From the NCBI GenBank assembly GCA_946625165.1, contig CAMOSR010000001.1:7744-71743 (forward strand): a stretch of 64,000 bases of DNA. The letters run 5' to 3'. Under the pieces are notes generated by a model. It saw only the letters and a program-made list of their open reading frames with translations, did not search any database and had not been told where the DNA came from. This stretch comes from an uncultured Bacillota bacterium. GTDB lineage: Bacteria > Bacillota_I > Bacilli_A > RF39 > UBA660. The translations under genes and the position numbers were made by a program. Every line of letters starts with the position of its first letter. Positions within the stretch are counted from its first letter, which is position 1. Below are positions 31,963 through 42,150 of this stretch, piece by piece.

Positions 31963-32585
31963 TTTATTCCTCCTTGCTTTTTAGGTTTTTCATCTCTTCT
32001 TGCATTCTCCCATAAAGAGTCTATAAAAAGATTTAAATCATTTATTGTACATAGTTCCACTCCATTATACATACATTCAAATATTATAGGGTTTTTTTTG
32101 AAATATTCGGGGTCTTCTATTTTAATTGTTCTAATTTCTCTATCTAACTGTTCAAGGAACTTTATTTGATTTTTCGAGCAGCTTGATGGTAGCCATATTA
32201 TTGATGGAGAAGCTTTAGGATCACAAAGCTGAATTAATATGTTATCATCTTCAGTTATTAATTCTTGCCAATCTATTCTTTCTATTTGTGAATCATATGA
32301 CATAAGTGGTGGTTTGTTTCCATATATAGCTTGATATATAATTTTAGCTGTTTCGAGGTGGGTACCGAATTTTGGGGTGTCAGGGCCACTTGCAAAGGCA
32401 TCAGTAGCAATCATTTGATTTGGTGTTATTATGATGTCTGCGCCACTTGAGGCTCCTTTTCCTTTGAAAAAATCTCTTAAACTAAATTTTTGCGTTTCTT
32501 CATATACTATTTTTTGGCTATTTGTTTGAAAATCACTATCTATTATAATCTCGTCATCAAGATAAGTAAAATTTTTATTAGGCAT
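31959..32585 (-). CDS. Hypothetical protein, translationally coupled between thrS and lysS
   Basis: ORF overlaps both neighbours by 4-8 nt. Confidence 0.35.
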   Translation of the reverse strand: MPNKNFTYLDDEIIIDSDFQTNSQKIVYEETQKFSLRDFFKGKGASSGADIIITPNQMIATDAFASGPDTPKFGTHLETAKIIYQAIYGNKPPLMSYDSQIERIDWQELITEDDNILIQLCDPKASPSIIWLPSSCSKNQIKFLEQLDREIRTIKIEDPEYFKKNPIIFECMYNGVELCTINDLNLFIDSLWENARRDEKPKKQGGIK

Positions 32586-34329
32586 TTTTATTTTTAACCT
32601 CTTTTTCTAATTTTTTTACAAAATCTTTTAGTGACATACTTTCGGTTTCTTTTGATGAATATTTTCTATAGCTAATAGTATTTTCTTCTTTTTCTTTATC
32701 GCCTAGTATTAAAGTATATGGAATTTTTTTAATTTGGCTTTCACGCATTTTATATGAAAGTTTTTCTTCTCTACTATCTAGAGTTACTCTAAAATAATCT
32801 TTTAATTTTGTGTAAATTTCTTCGGCATATTTTAAATGATATTCATTATTTACTGGTATTATATTTATTTGAGTTGGGCTAAGCCATAGTGGAAGGGCTC
32901 CTTTTGTTTCTTCTAATATAAATGCAGTAAATCTATCGAATGTTCCAAATATGGCTCTATGAAGAACAACTGGTGTTTTTTTAGTTCCATCTTTATCAAT
33001 GTAACTTAATTCAAATCTTCTTGGTAGTAAGAAATCTAATTGACAAGTAGATAATGTTACTTCTGGGCCAACTGCCGGTTTTACTTCTACGTCTAATTTT
33101 GGTCCATAGAAGGCGGCTTCACCAACGGCTTCAAAGTACTTAACACCTAATGAATTTAAAACTTCACGTAATTTATTTTCGGCGTTATTCCACATTTCGT
33201 CATCATCAAAATATTTTTCTTTGTCATTAGGATCTCTAAGTGATAATCTAAATTTATAATTCTTGATTCCAAAGTCTTTATAAACATCCAATATTAATTG
33301 AACTACTTTTTTAAATTCGTCGCCAATTTGCTCAGGTGTGACAAATAAGTGAGCATCGTTTTGGCACATGCATCTAACTCGTTCTAGCCCCTTAACAGCT
33401 CCTGAGGCTTCATATCTAAAGTCTGTTGCAAACTCGCCTATTCTTATTGGAAGCTCACGGTAAGAATGAAGAGAGTTTTTATAGACAAGCATGTGGTGTG
33501 GGCAGTTCATCGGCCTTAGTACAAATTCTTCTTCATCTACTTTCATAGAGGGAAACATATTTTCTTTATAGTGGTCCCAGTGTCCGCTTGTTTTATATAA
33601 ATCAACGGTTCCAACACATGGTGTATAAACGTGTTGGTATCCTAGTTTTTGTTCTTTCTCATATATATAATTTTCAAGTTCTTTTCTTACTAAAGCTCCA
33701 TTTGGAAGCCATAATGGCATACCTTTACCTACTAGGTCATCGGTCATAAAAATTTCAAGTTCTTTACCAATTTTTCTGTGGTCACGCATAGCAGCTTCTT
33801 CTAATTCCTTTAAATGATTCTGCAAGTCTTCTTCGTTATCAAAGCATATTCCATATATTCTTTGGAGTACTTTGTTTTTTGAATCTCCTTTATAATATGA
33901 ACCACTAAATTTTAATAGTTTAAAGTTTTTGCATTCTTTAACACTATCAACGTGAGGGCCTCTACATAAATCAGTGAAGTCCCCTTGTGTATAGCAGCTT
34001 ATTACTTCATCTTTTGGCAGTTCATTTATTATGTCTATTTTATATGGGTCGTCTTTAAATTTTTCCAAGGCTTCTTGTTTTGATAGTTCTTCACGGTATA
34101 TTCTTTTACCATCTTTAGCTATTTTTTTCATTTCTTTAGAAATTTTTTCTAAATCTTCCTCAGTTAGTGTATGGCCGTTTAGGTCCATATCATAGTAAAA
34201 TCCTTCATTGATAACTGGCCCAACCCAAAATTTAGCATCTTTATATAGATGTTTTACAGCTTGTGCGAGTAAGTGCGCGCAGCTATGGTTTAGTGTATTT
34301 AATCTTTTATCTTCTTTTATGTTTATCAT
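32578..34329 (-). CDS. thrS: Threonyl-tRNA synthetase lacking the N-terminal TGS domain
   Basis: Editing-domain HSCAHLLAQAV, RDHRKIGKELE, class II core; 583 aa. Confidence 0.85.
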   Translation of the reverse strand: MINIKEDKRLNTLNHSCAHLLAQAVKHLYKDAKFWVGPVINEGFYYDMDLNGHTLTEEDLEKISKEMKKIAKDGKRIYREELSKQEALEKFKDDPYKIDIINELPKDEVISCYTQGDFTDLCRGPHVDSVKECKNFKLLKFSGSYYKGDSKNKVLQRIYGICFDNEEDLQNHLKELEEAAMRDHRKIGKELEIFMTDDLVGKGMPLWLPNGALVRKELENYIYEKEQKLGYQHVYTPCVGTVDLYKTSGHWDHYKENMFPSMKVDEEEFVLRPMNCPHHMLVYKNSLHSYRELPIRIGEFATDFRYEASGAVKGLERVRCMCQNDAHLFVTPEQIGDEFKKVVQLILDVYKDFGIKNYKFRLSLRDPNDKEKYFDDDEMWNNAENKLREVLNSLGVKYFEAVGEAAFYGPKLDVEVKPAVGPEVTLSTCQLDFLLPRRFELSYIDKDGTKKTPVVLHRAIFGTFDRFTAFILEETKGALPLWLSPTQINIIPVNNEYHLKYAEEIYTKLKDYFRVTLDSREEKLSYKMRESQIKKIPYTLILGDKEKEENTISYRKYSSKETESMSLKDFVKKLEKEVKNKNA

Positions 34330-34330
34330 T

Positions 34331-34666
34331 TTATCCTCTCCTTTTTATTAAATAAGACACACGGTGTTCATCTAAGGTGGTTAAAAATTCGTCATTTAAA
34401 GATATCATTGGATTTATGTATGGGGCAGTTTTTTCAAATCCATCTGTAACTAAAATTATTTCTCCACTAGCTAGCATTTCTCTTGTCACGCTTTCAAAGC
34501 ATATTTTGTGTAAGTTTATACCATATAATGGTGTGATTTCTTTTAAATCTCTATGGGATAGCTTTGATAATTTTACAAGTAATTCTTCGTTGGTTACTCC
34601 ATAATACCTTTTTAAAAACTTTTTCATGTCTATCTTTATGACGCGCCTTAATTCTTTTTTATCCAT
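34331..34666 (-). CDS. Small hypothetical protein, first cistron after the T-box leader
   Basis: Trimmed to the second Met (MDKKEL) because the longer ORF overlaps the T-box terminator. AGGGGGAAG ribosome-binding site 9 nt upstream. Confidence 0.4.
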   Translation of the reverse strand: MDKKELRRVIKIDMKKFLKRYYGVTNEELLVKLSKLSHRDLKEITPLYGINLHKICFESVTREMLASGEIILVTDGFEKTAPYINPMISLNDEFLTTLDEHRVSYLIKRRG

Positions 34667-34683
34667 TTTACTACTTCCCCCTA

Positions 34684-34995
34684 AAAACAAAAAAATCCTT
34701 GCTGAAAAATCATGCAAGGAGCGCTTGTGCGCGGTACCATCCTATTTTGTTACTTAATTAGATAACGGTTTTACCCGGATTATAAAATCAGCTCCAAGGT
34801 AGTAATTATTAAAGTTATTTTTTTTTGGCTTACACCATCCCAAATTCGCTTTAAAACACTTTTTAATAATGTTGTCCTCTTCAAAGCCATTAATGATATT
34901 TTATCACATATTTATTAATTTAAAAATAGTATTTTTTAATTTTCTTTATTTTTATTATTTAAACAATAAATATTCGATTATCTCATCAAAATAGT
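34684..34995 (-). promoter_or_regulatory. T-box riboswitch leader of the thrS operon
   Basis: Minus-strand GGATGGTACCGCGC (34729-34742) matches the T-box consensus. A terminator hairpin plus U-run follows at 34684-34719. Confidence 0.6.
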
Positions 34996-35002
34996 CCAAA
35001 TT

Positions 35003-35926
35003 TTATTGTCTTAAATTTTTACTAATTAATTCTTGATATTCTGTAAGTTGTTTAATTCTGGATATTATTCTTCCAGCTTTTATTATTTCATCTCCTTTGC
35101 TAGTTATAGATAGGTGCGTTTCTAAAGCTTTTAAATCTAGATTTGAAGTAAAGAAAGTTGGCAGTTTCTCATCCATCCTATACTGAAGTATTGGACACAA
35201 TATTTCATCTCTAGCCCAAGGGGTAACGCTTTCAGCTCCAATGTCGTCTATTAATAAAAGTGGGGCTTTTTTGACAGTGTTATATTTAGTTTTAAATTCT
35301 GTTTTTATAGGTGAATTAAATGATGATTTTAAATCATTTAAATATTCTGGCCAAAAGATAATAGCACTTTTTACACCGTCTTTAGCTAGTTCATTTAGCA
35401 TGGCAGCTATTAGATAGGTTTTGCCTGAGCCAAAGTTACCACATAAATATAGTCCTTTTTGATGGCTATCTTTCTTATACTTTTTAATAAAGTCTGTAAG
35501 CCAGATTATTGTAGCATATCTAGCTTTATCGGTTTTGTATATTTTTTTCATACTGGCGTTTTTTATTTCTTCAGGTATATTATACGCATAAGTATTTTCG
35601 TGGTATTTATTATCCTTGTCCATTTTCTTTTTGTATTTACATGATTTATAAGAAAATTCTAAAGTACTGTTTGTTACTTTTGGAAGATAGGCAAAGCCTT
35701 TTAATTTGTTTTTGCATTCTAAGATTCCTTTACAGTTTTGACAGTTGTTATATTCTCTTTCGCTTTCTTCTAAAAGAGATGTGTATTTTCTTAGTTCTTC
35801 TCTTTTTAATTTAATTTTGCTGACAAATTTTTTGAAATTTTCACTTTGTAGAGCTTCTTCATAAGCATCATCTAATATGTCATTTAGATTATTTTTTGGG
35901 TTTAAATGTTCTTTTAATCTTTGCAT
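35003..35926 (-). CDS. dnaI: Primosomal helicase loader DnaI (DnaC-like AAA+)
   Basis: Walker A NFGSGKTYLIAAM. The dnaB-dnaI-thrS order is as in Bacillus. Confidence 0.75.
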   Translation of the reverse strand: MQRLKEHLNPKNNLNDILDDAYEEALQSENFKKFVSKIKLKREELRKYTSLLEESEREYNNCQNCKGILECKNKLKGFAYLPKVTNSTLEFSYKSCKYKKKMDKDNKYHENTYAYNIPEEIKNASMKKIYKTDKARYATIIWLTDFIKKYKKDSHQKGLYLCGNFGSGKTYLIAAMLNELAKDGVKSAIIFWPEYLNDLKSSFNSPIKTEFKTKYNTVKKAPLLLIDDIGAESVTPWARDEILCPILQYRMDEKLPTFFTSNLDLKALETHLSITSKGDEIIKAGRIISRIKQLTEYQELISKNLRQ

Positions 35927-35937
35927 ATTAATCCTCC

Positions 35938-37209
35938 CTATAGGTTTTGCAGCTTTTCTTCTAATTTTTTTATATCTTCTGAAGAAGCTGTTTCTTCTTC
36001 TATGTTTTTATTAAACCAATCTGGTCTTTCTTCTTTTTTTACTGTTTTGATGGTGTTTTTTTTCGTTTTATTTTCTTTTTTGCATATATTCATAGCGTCT
36101 TCAACGGTTTTTATATTACTTCTCTTCCACTGACTTGCAATAGTTAAACAAAAGTTTTTAGTTAATTTGTTATCGTTTATTCTAAGAACGTAATCTATTA
36201 AAACATTGACAACTCCTGGAGTTAATTCATAGTCCAAAAGTAATGTTTCAATTAGATTTAGGTCCGTTTTGCTTGGCCTTACGCCTTTATTTTTGCCGGT
36301 TAGGAAGTCATATGGTGATGTTGTTTCAAAGGTATATATTAGCTTTGATTTCTTAGAATTATTACTGACGGTCTTTCTTAAATATTCTGGCTGTTTTTTA
36401 TAAACGAGTGATGGTGAAGAATTTTTATTTTCAAATGTATAATAGTTGTGGCAGTTTTCTCTAAGTTTGTCTTTATCAATTATGCGTTTTTCGTTAACGG
36501 AGTTTCTTATTAATTCTCTTAGTGTTTCATCATCTAAATCGTATATAAAAGACAACTTATATATTAATGATCTGGTATCTTGGCTAATACTTTGGTGGTT
36601 TAATATTTCTTCAGGTATCAGTGAGAATATGCTGTTTAAATCAATCTTTTCATCAACTGTTATATCAAGGCTTTTTACTCTTTTAATATTTTCGGTATCA
36701 GTTATTTCTGAATTACTCATGGTGTCAAAAATCTCACTAAATTTAGAGGTTATGTCTTCATAATCAGTTAGATCAATTTTTGGTATTGAAAAGGTTTTTA
36801 AAATCTTTTTGTATTCTCTTTTTCCAATGTTGCTTTCTAGGGTGGTAGATAGTATTGGGTTATCAAGGAAGTCTTTCGGTTCTAGTGGTGAATAAAGCTC
36901 ATATATGTAATTATTTATATTTCCCTCCTTGACATAAGTTTTTATAAGGCCTATGCCCTCCAATTTTTCTCTAGATTCTAAAATGTCTTCTAATTTTAAT
37001 CGCATGGTAGCCATTAGGCTATGGTGAGTAAATTCGGTAGAGATTATTCCTAAGGTATCTAGATTTGACCATAAAGTGAAATATAAGTTTATAGCAGTAG
37101 CTCCGATAACTGGTTCATATAGTTTAATTAAGGTGAGTCTATCTTCGTTATTTAGTATAGTTGCGTTTTTTACGATATATGTGTCTGCCGGAAAAAGACT
37201 TTTTGTCAT
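35938..37209 (-). CDS. dnaB: Replication initiation/membrane attachment protein DnaB (DnaD-like domains)
   Basis: 423 aa, immediately upstream of dnaI. The call rests on synteny. Confidence 0.55.
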   Translation of the reverse strand: MTKSLFPADTYIVKNATILNNEDRLTLIKLYEPVIGATAINLYFTLWSNLDTLGIISTEFTHHSLMATMRLKLEDILESREKLEGIGLIKTYVKEGNINNYIYELYSPLEPKDFLDNPILSTTLESNIGKREYKKILKTFSIPKIDLTDYEDITSKFSEIFDTMSNSEITDTENIKRVKSLDITVDEKIDLNSIFSLIPEEILNHQSISQDTRSLIYKLSFIYDLDDETLRELIRNSVNEKRIIDKDKLRENCHNYYTFENKNSSPSLVYKKQPEYLRKTVSNNSKKSKLIYTFETTSPYDFLTGKNKGVRPSKTDLNLIETLLLDYELTPGVVNVLIDYVLRINDNKLTKNFCLTIASQWKRSNIKTVEDAMNICKKENKTKKNTIKTVKKEERPDWFNKNIEEETASSEDIKKLEEKLQNL

Positions 37210-37255
37210 ATACTCACCTTCTTTCTATAAATAGTTTATCATATTTTTTATAAAG

Positions 37256-37276
37256 AAAAAAGAGCTTTATAGCTCT
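37256..37276 (-). terminator. 21-bp hairpin terminator (AAAAAGAGCTTTATAGCTCTA), copy 1
   Basis: 6-bp palindrome AGAGCT/AGCTCT followed by a U-run on the minus strand. Identical to 38302-38322. Confidence 0.45.
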
Positions 37277-37284
37277 ATGGTTAA

Positions 37285-38250
37285 TTATCTGGTGTAGCTT
37301 TCATCTTCGCCAGCTATGATTGCTTCTTCTCTTAAAAATTCTAATAATTTTTCGATTTCTTTATTATATTTCTCTATACTGCAACCTAGACATTCGCATT
37401 CCTCAACAAACATATTGTCATTAAAGTAATTTTCAATTCCAAAACTGTTATAAAATGCATCTTTATTAATCCAAATGCATTCTAGTATAAATTCTTTGTC
37501 TTCAACAAGGTAGCTTGGAATTCCGATTTCAATCCCAGCTTTAAGGCATATTTTATAAAAAGTTCTCTCATCAAATTTTGTACTTATTATGGATAGTAGA
37601 TATTCATTTATTTTTAGTGCTTCTATGACAAATTCTTCATCATATAATAATTCTTCTGGAATATAGAAAATGGCTCTTTTATTTTCTTTTATTTCATTTA
37701 AAACAATCTCTTTTATATTTTCTATCTCTACCGGTATATATGCCAAATATTGAATATCTTTTTTTAGTAACTCCTCAATAAATTTTCTATTGTATCTGAA
37801 ATCATTATCGATATATTTTAGAATGGATGGCTCTATCTCAAGGGCCATTAAAACTAATTCTTTATCTTTGTAATACTGTCTAGGAATATTATTAAATAGT
37901 CCTGGAATAATGACATTGGGGATACCTGCAATTGTTATTAAATCAATTATAAATTCTCTATCTTCAATTATTTTTTTTGGTAGTTGTTCAATATTTTTAT
38001 ATTCATTCATCACCAGTAATAAAGCGAAATCTTTGTTTTCTTTGATTATTTCTGGAGCGAATATATAGCTGATAGGATTATCTAAAATTATTTTCATGCA
38101 TTCTTGTTCTTCTTTACTAGTTTTTTTTAATTTATTTTTTATATATTTTTCAATTATTTCTATCTGTTCTATATTTTTTATATAGCTTGGTGTCATGTGG
38201 CCAAGTTTATATGGTTCACTTTCTATAAATAATTTTAATTCTTCTTCCAT
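37285..38250 (-). CDS. DUF4116 repeat protein
   Basis: Repeats of the form DKEFILECI..N.., DEEFVIEALKINEYLL, DKELVLMALEIEPSILKYI. Confidence 0.45.
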   Translation of the reverse strand: MEEELKLFIESEPYKLGHMTPSYIKNIEQIEIIEKYIKNKLKKTSKEEQECMKIILDNPISYIFAPEIIKENKDFALLLVMNEYKNIEQLPKKIIEDREFIIDLITIAGIPNVIIPGLFNNIPRQYYKDKELVLMALEIEPSILKYIDNDFRYNRKFIEELLKKDIQYLAYIPVEIENIKEIVLNEIKENKRAIFYIPEELLYDEEFVIEALKINEYLLSIISTKFDERTFYKICLKAGIEIGIPSYLVEDKEFILECIWINKDAFYNSFGIENYFNDNMFVEECECLGCSIEKYNKEIEKLLEFLREEAIIAGEDESYTR

Positions 38251-38301
38251 ACTGTCCCTCTTTCGATTGAATATTATACTTATTTCTGTTAGTTTGTCAA
38301 A

Positions 38302-38322
38302 TAAAAAGAGCTTTATAGCTCT
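38302..38322 (-). terminator. 21-bp hairpin terminator, copy 2 (overlaps the yebC stop)
   Basis: Identical 21-mer to 37256-37276. Confidence 0.45.
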
Positions 38323-39029
38323 ACATTGTGGTAAACTGTTTGAACATCTTCTACTTCATCTAACATGTCTAGCATTCTTTTAAAGTTATCTAGATCTTCC
38401 CCAGTCAATGTTACTTTTTCTTTTGGAAGCATAGTTATTTCATCCATATCAAACTCTACATTTGGTAATTTTTGAGTAATAGCTTCTTTTATTTTGTATA
38501 AATCATTTGGTGCGCCATAAACTATTGTTTCATCGTTTTCCATCTCAATATCATTTACATCTATGCCGGCGTCTATTAATGTTTCTAATGTTTCTTCATC
38601 TGATAATCCCTTAAAACTTACAATACATAAGTGATCATACATATAACTTACACTGCCTTGAGCTCCCATTTTAACATGACATTTATTGATGACTGCTCTT
38701 ATGTTGCTGACGCTTCTATTTACGTTATCAGTAAGGCAAGTAGCTATAGCGTTTGAACCAGCTGGTCCAAAGATTTCATAACTCGCTACTGTATAAGTTT
38801 CATCGGCTCCACTATTAACTTTATCGATTGCTCTTTTAACAATGTCGTTTGGAACTTGTTCTTTTTTTGCTTTTTCAACAAGTCTTTTTAAAGAAGGATT
38901 TCCTTCTAATTCTGTGCCTCCGTTTTTAGCTGCTTGATATATTTCTCTCGCATACATTGAATATAATTTGGCTTTAGCTGCTCCTGTTTTTTGAATACTA
39001 GCTTTTCTTACTTCATATGCTCTTCCCAT
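38313..39029 (-). CDS. YebC/PmpR-family transcriptional regulator
   Basis: TYTVASYEIFGPAGSNAIATCLTDNVNRSVSNIRAV matches the YebC core. Confidence 0.75.
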   Translation of the reverse strand: MGRAYEVRKASIQKTGAAKAKLYSMYAREIYQAAKNGGTELEGNPSLKRLVEKAKKEQVPNDIVKRAIDKVNSGADETYTVASYEIFGPAGSNAIATCLTDNVNRSVSNIRAVINKCHVKMGAQGSVSYMYDHLCIVSFKGLSDEETLETLIDAGIDVNDIEMENDETIVYGAPNDLYKIKEAITQKLPNVEFDMDEITMLPKEKVTLTGEDLDNFKRMLDMLDEVEDVQTVYHNVEL

Positions 39030-39697
39030 TTTAACTTTCCTTTCTGTGCTTTTGATAAAGCATCTTTAGCTGCCTCTTGTTCAGCAGCTTTTTTACTATT
39101 AGATTCTCCTACTCCATAGACAATTCCATCAATGATAGCTTCGACTTTAAAATGTCTATTATGTGCAGGGCCACTTTCTTCGATCAGTTTATACTCTAAG
39201 CTTTTCTTATCTGTTTGTACAAATTCTTGTAGTACAGATTTGTAATCATCAAAGAAATCAATTTCATGATTTTCAATATGTGGAACCACATTTTCGTTGA
39301 AAAATTTTTTAACGGTGTCTAATCCTTGGTCTAAATATAAGGCACCTAAAAATGATTCAAATATATCAGCTAGAATAGCTTTTCTGGTGCGTCCTCCGCT
39401 AGCTTCTTCGCCAACGCCTAATTTTAAATATTTTTCCAAACCTAATTTTTTAGAGTATTCATAGTTTGCGGTTGTACATACATAATGTGCTCTTAACTTA
39501 GTCATTTCACCCTCGTCATATTCATATCTACTATATAAATAATCACTCATTAAAAGTTCTAAAACGGCATCGCCTAAAAATTCTAATCTTTCATAACTAA
39601 GCGTGTCGTTTTCGTTAGCGTACGAGGTATGTGAAAAAGCTGTTTCATATAAATTTATAATATTAGGTTTGATATTTAATTTATCGAGTAGTTCCAT
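39008..39697 (-). CDS. rnc: Ribonuclease III
   Basis: RNase III signature ERLEFLGDAVLEL and a C-terminal dsRBD. Confidence 0.85.
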   Translation of the reverse strand: MELLDKLNIKPNIINLYETAFSHTSYANENDTLSYERLEFLGDAVLELLMSDYLYSRYEYDEGEMTKLRAHYVCTTANYEYSKKLGLEKYLKLGVGEEASGGRTRKAILADIFESFLGALYLDQGLDTVKKFFNENVVPHIENHEIDFFDDYKSVLQEFVQTDKKSLEYKLIEESGPAHNRHFKVEAIIDGIVYGVGESNSKKAAEQEAAKDALSKAQKGKLKWEEHMK

Positions 39698-39848
39698 TTA
39701 AATCACCTATCATATTATAGCACATTTTCCATCATTTTTAACCTATTAATAATAAACTTAGTTTATTATATAGTTCTTTGATTTGTAAATATGAAAATAT
39801 TTATTTTACTTTTAGCTTATTTTTATAGTATAATTATTTTGATGATAT

Positions 39849-40082
39849 ATGAAAAGAGTATTAATTGGACTTATCAAAATCTATCAAAAAATACCAGGAC
39901 CTTGGCATAATGCGTGCAGGCACATACCAACTTGTTCAAATTATGCGCTAGAGGCAATTGAAACTTATGGTTCGTTAAAAGGCGGAATTATGGCAATAAA
40001 AAGAATTTTAAGATGCAATCCATGGGGGACTTCAGGATATGACCCAGTTATTAAGGAGGATATGAATGAAAAAAATATTTAG
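39849..40082 (+). CDS. yidD: Membrane protein insertion efficiency factor YidD
   Basis: 77 aa; [19 protein letters not shown]. Confidence 0.85.
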   Translation: MKRVLIGLIKIYQKIPGPWHNACRHIPTCSNYALEAIETYGSLKGGIMAIKRILRCNPWGTSGYDPVIKEDMNEKNI

Positions 40083-40932
40083 TGTGTTTGCTTTGTTCGT
40101 TTTATGTTTTAGTATGACAGGCTGTTTGAAAAGAGATAATATGGAAGATATAACTATTTATACTACTAATTATCCGTCTTACTATATTACTAAAAAACTA
40201 TATGGTAAGTTTAGCAAGGTTAATAGTATTTATCCCAATGGTGTTAATATTGATGATTATAATTTAACTAGTAAACAAATAAAAGATTATAGTAGTGCGA
40301 GTTTATTTATTTTTAATGGTCTTAGTAATGAAAAAGATTATGTAGATAAAATGCGAAATGAGAATAAGGATTTAAAGATAATTGATACGACATTATACAT
40401 GGAATATACTTATGATATGAATGAGCTTTGGCTTGATCCATCTAATTTGTTAATGATGGCTCAAAATATAAAATCTGGTTTTAATGAGTATATTGATAGT
40501 TATTATTTAAATAATAATATTGATAATAATTATGATGACTTAAAAGTCGAAATTTCTAATTTGGATGCAAAAATGAAAGAAATAGTACTAAATAGTAATA
40601 GTAAGACTATAGTAGCATCAAGTAATATGTTTAAATATTTAGAAAAATATGGTTTAACTGTTTATGTTTTAGATGAAAGTGATTCTAATATTGAAATTAC
40701 TACCAATGAAGTTAGAAAGTTAATTAAAAATGGGCAGATTAAATATATCTTTATAAAAAACAATGAGGAAGAAAATGATACTATTAAAAATTTAGTGAGT
40801 TCTACTGGTGTAACTGTTCAAAAGTGGCATACTTTATCTAATATTTCAGAAATTGATGCTAGCGAGAACCAAGATTATTTTACAATTATGAATTCCAATT
40901 TAGAGTTACTTAAAAATGAAATATATAAATAG
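40066..40932 (+). CDS. Lipoprotein with a ZnuA/TroA-like binding-protein fold (putative)
   Basis: Lipobox MTGC. The segment [31 protein letters not shown] resembles the cluster-9 solute-binding-protein core, but the usual His is replaced. Confidence 0.4.
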   Translation: MKKIFSVFALFVLCFSMTGCLKRDNMEDITIYTTNYPSYYITKKLYGKFSKVNSIYPNGVNIDDYNLTSKQIKDYSSASLFIFNGLSNEKDYVDKMRNENKDLKIIDTTLYMEYTYDMNELWLDPSNLLMMAQNIKSGFNEYIDSYYLNNNIDNNYDDLKVEISNLDAKMKEIVLNSNSKTIVASSNMFKYLEKYGLTVYVLDESDSNIEITTNEVRKLIKNGQIKYIFIKNNEEENDTIKNLVSSTGVTVQKWHTLSNISEIDASENQDYFTIMNSNLELLKNEIYK

Positions 40933-40936
40933 CGAG

Positions 40937-42148
40937 CTATTTCTTAGCTCGCTTTAATAATGTTATTAATATTATTATAAATATGAAACCAAGTATACTT
41001 AATGTGTTTGTTTTTATGAAGTTTAGAATACTAAAATGTAATTTACCTTTTAGATATACTGTTTCTTCATATAGCAGTTCATTTTTATAATATATTTTTA
41101 AAGTTCCTAATTTTCTTTTAGTAAATGGGGTTACCTTTTCTACTCCATCATATTCATACTTGATATTATTCTTATTATAATTATTTGGCAAATATTTAAT
41201 TATATTTTTTGAAGGGTATAATTTTATCTTACCTTCTTTTGCATATTTTGTTTCTAGTATTTTGAAACTTTTTCTTTTATCAACTATTTTTTGATTGCTA
41301 TAGTTTTGGATAAAATAGTCATAAATTGTTTTAGCGTCTTCGATATGGTGTGGGGCTTTTTTATCGTATAAGGCTCCTGTTGTTACAAGTATATAATTTA
41401 CATTGTTTTCTTTGGCTATGGTCGCTAGACATAGACCAGCACCTGTGGTAGTTCCTGTTTTTCCACCTAAAACATATGGAATTTCTATATTAAAGGCTTT
41501 GGCATTTTTCTGAATTGTGCTTTTAAAGGTTAACTTTCCATCTGATGTTTTATACTCTTTAGTTTTGATAATGGCTTTGAATGTGTCATTTTCTAAGGCT
41601 TTACTGAAAATTGTGAAAAGGTCTTTAACAGTTGAATAATTTCTTTCATCATCTAGTCCTATGACATTGCTAAAATGGGTGTTTTCTAATCTTAGTTCTT
41701 TCACTTTTTCATTCATGAGTTTAATGAATGCTTCTTCACTACCGGCTATGTTTCTAGCTATGGCTTTAGCAGCATCAGCGCCAGATGGTAATAATAAGCC
41801 ATATAATAAATCTTTATATGTTACTACTTCTCCCACTGTAAAACCGGCTGTCACTAAGTTTGCTTCTTTGGCTCCTTTAAGGTCGCTGCTATTTATGATA
41901 ACCGTTTTATCTAAATCATCTATATTTTCTAAAGCCACCATGGCTGTCATTATTTTAGTTAAAGATGCTATTTGAACTTTATTTTCGGAATTTTTCTCAT
42001 ATAATACTTCATTACTATCCATATTATATAAAATGGCATTTTTAGAACTTATATCTAGTTCTATAGCTTTTATGTTTAGTGGCATTAAAAGTATTAAAAT
42101 TATGCATAATGCTTTTAGACATTTCTTCATTTTTTCACCTTTTAACAT
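40937..42148 (-). CDS. D-alanyl-D-alanine carboxypeptidase (DacB/DacF-like, class A low-MW PBP)
   Basis: SxxK motif IASLTK plus SxN and KTG regions; C-terminal membrane anchor. Confidence 0.8.
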   Translation of the reverse strand: MLKGEKMKKCLKALCIILILLMPLNIKAIELDISSKNAILYNMDSNEVLYEKNSENKVQIASLTKIMTAMVALENIDDLDKTVIINSSDLKGAKEANLVTAGFTVGEVVTYKDLLYGLLLPSGADAAKAIARNIAGSEEAFIKLMNEKVKELRLENTHFSNVIGLDDERNYSTVKDLFTIFSKALENDTFKAIIKTKEYKTSDGKLTFKSTIQKNAKAFNIEIPYVLGGKTGTTTGAGLCLATIAKENNVNYILVTTGALYDKKAPHHIEDAKTIYDYFIQNYSNQKIVDKRKSFKILETKYAKEGKIKLYPSKNIIKYLPNNYNKNNIKYEYDGVEKVTPFTKRKLGTLKIYYKNELLYEETVYLKGKLHFSILNFIKTNTLSILGFIFIIILITLLKRAKK

Positions 42149-42150
42149 TA

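Noticed and set aside
32578-34329. Possibility that thrS is a truncated pseudogene because it lacks the TGS domain
   Set aside because: The editing, catalytic and anticodon-binding domains are all intact and T-box controlled. TGS-less ThrRS forms are known.
34667-34717. The first 17 codons of ORF 34331-34717
   Set aside because: They are encoded by the T-box terminator hairpin and U-run. A good ribosome-binding site precedes the internal ATG.
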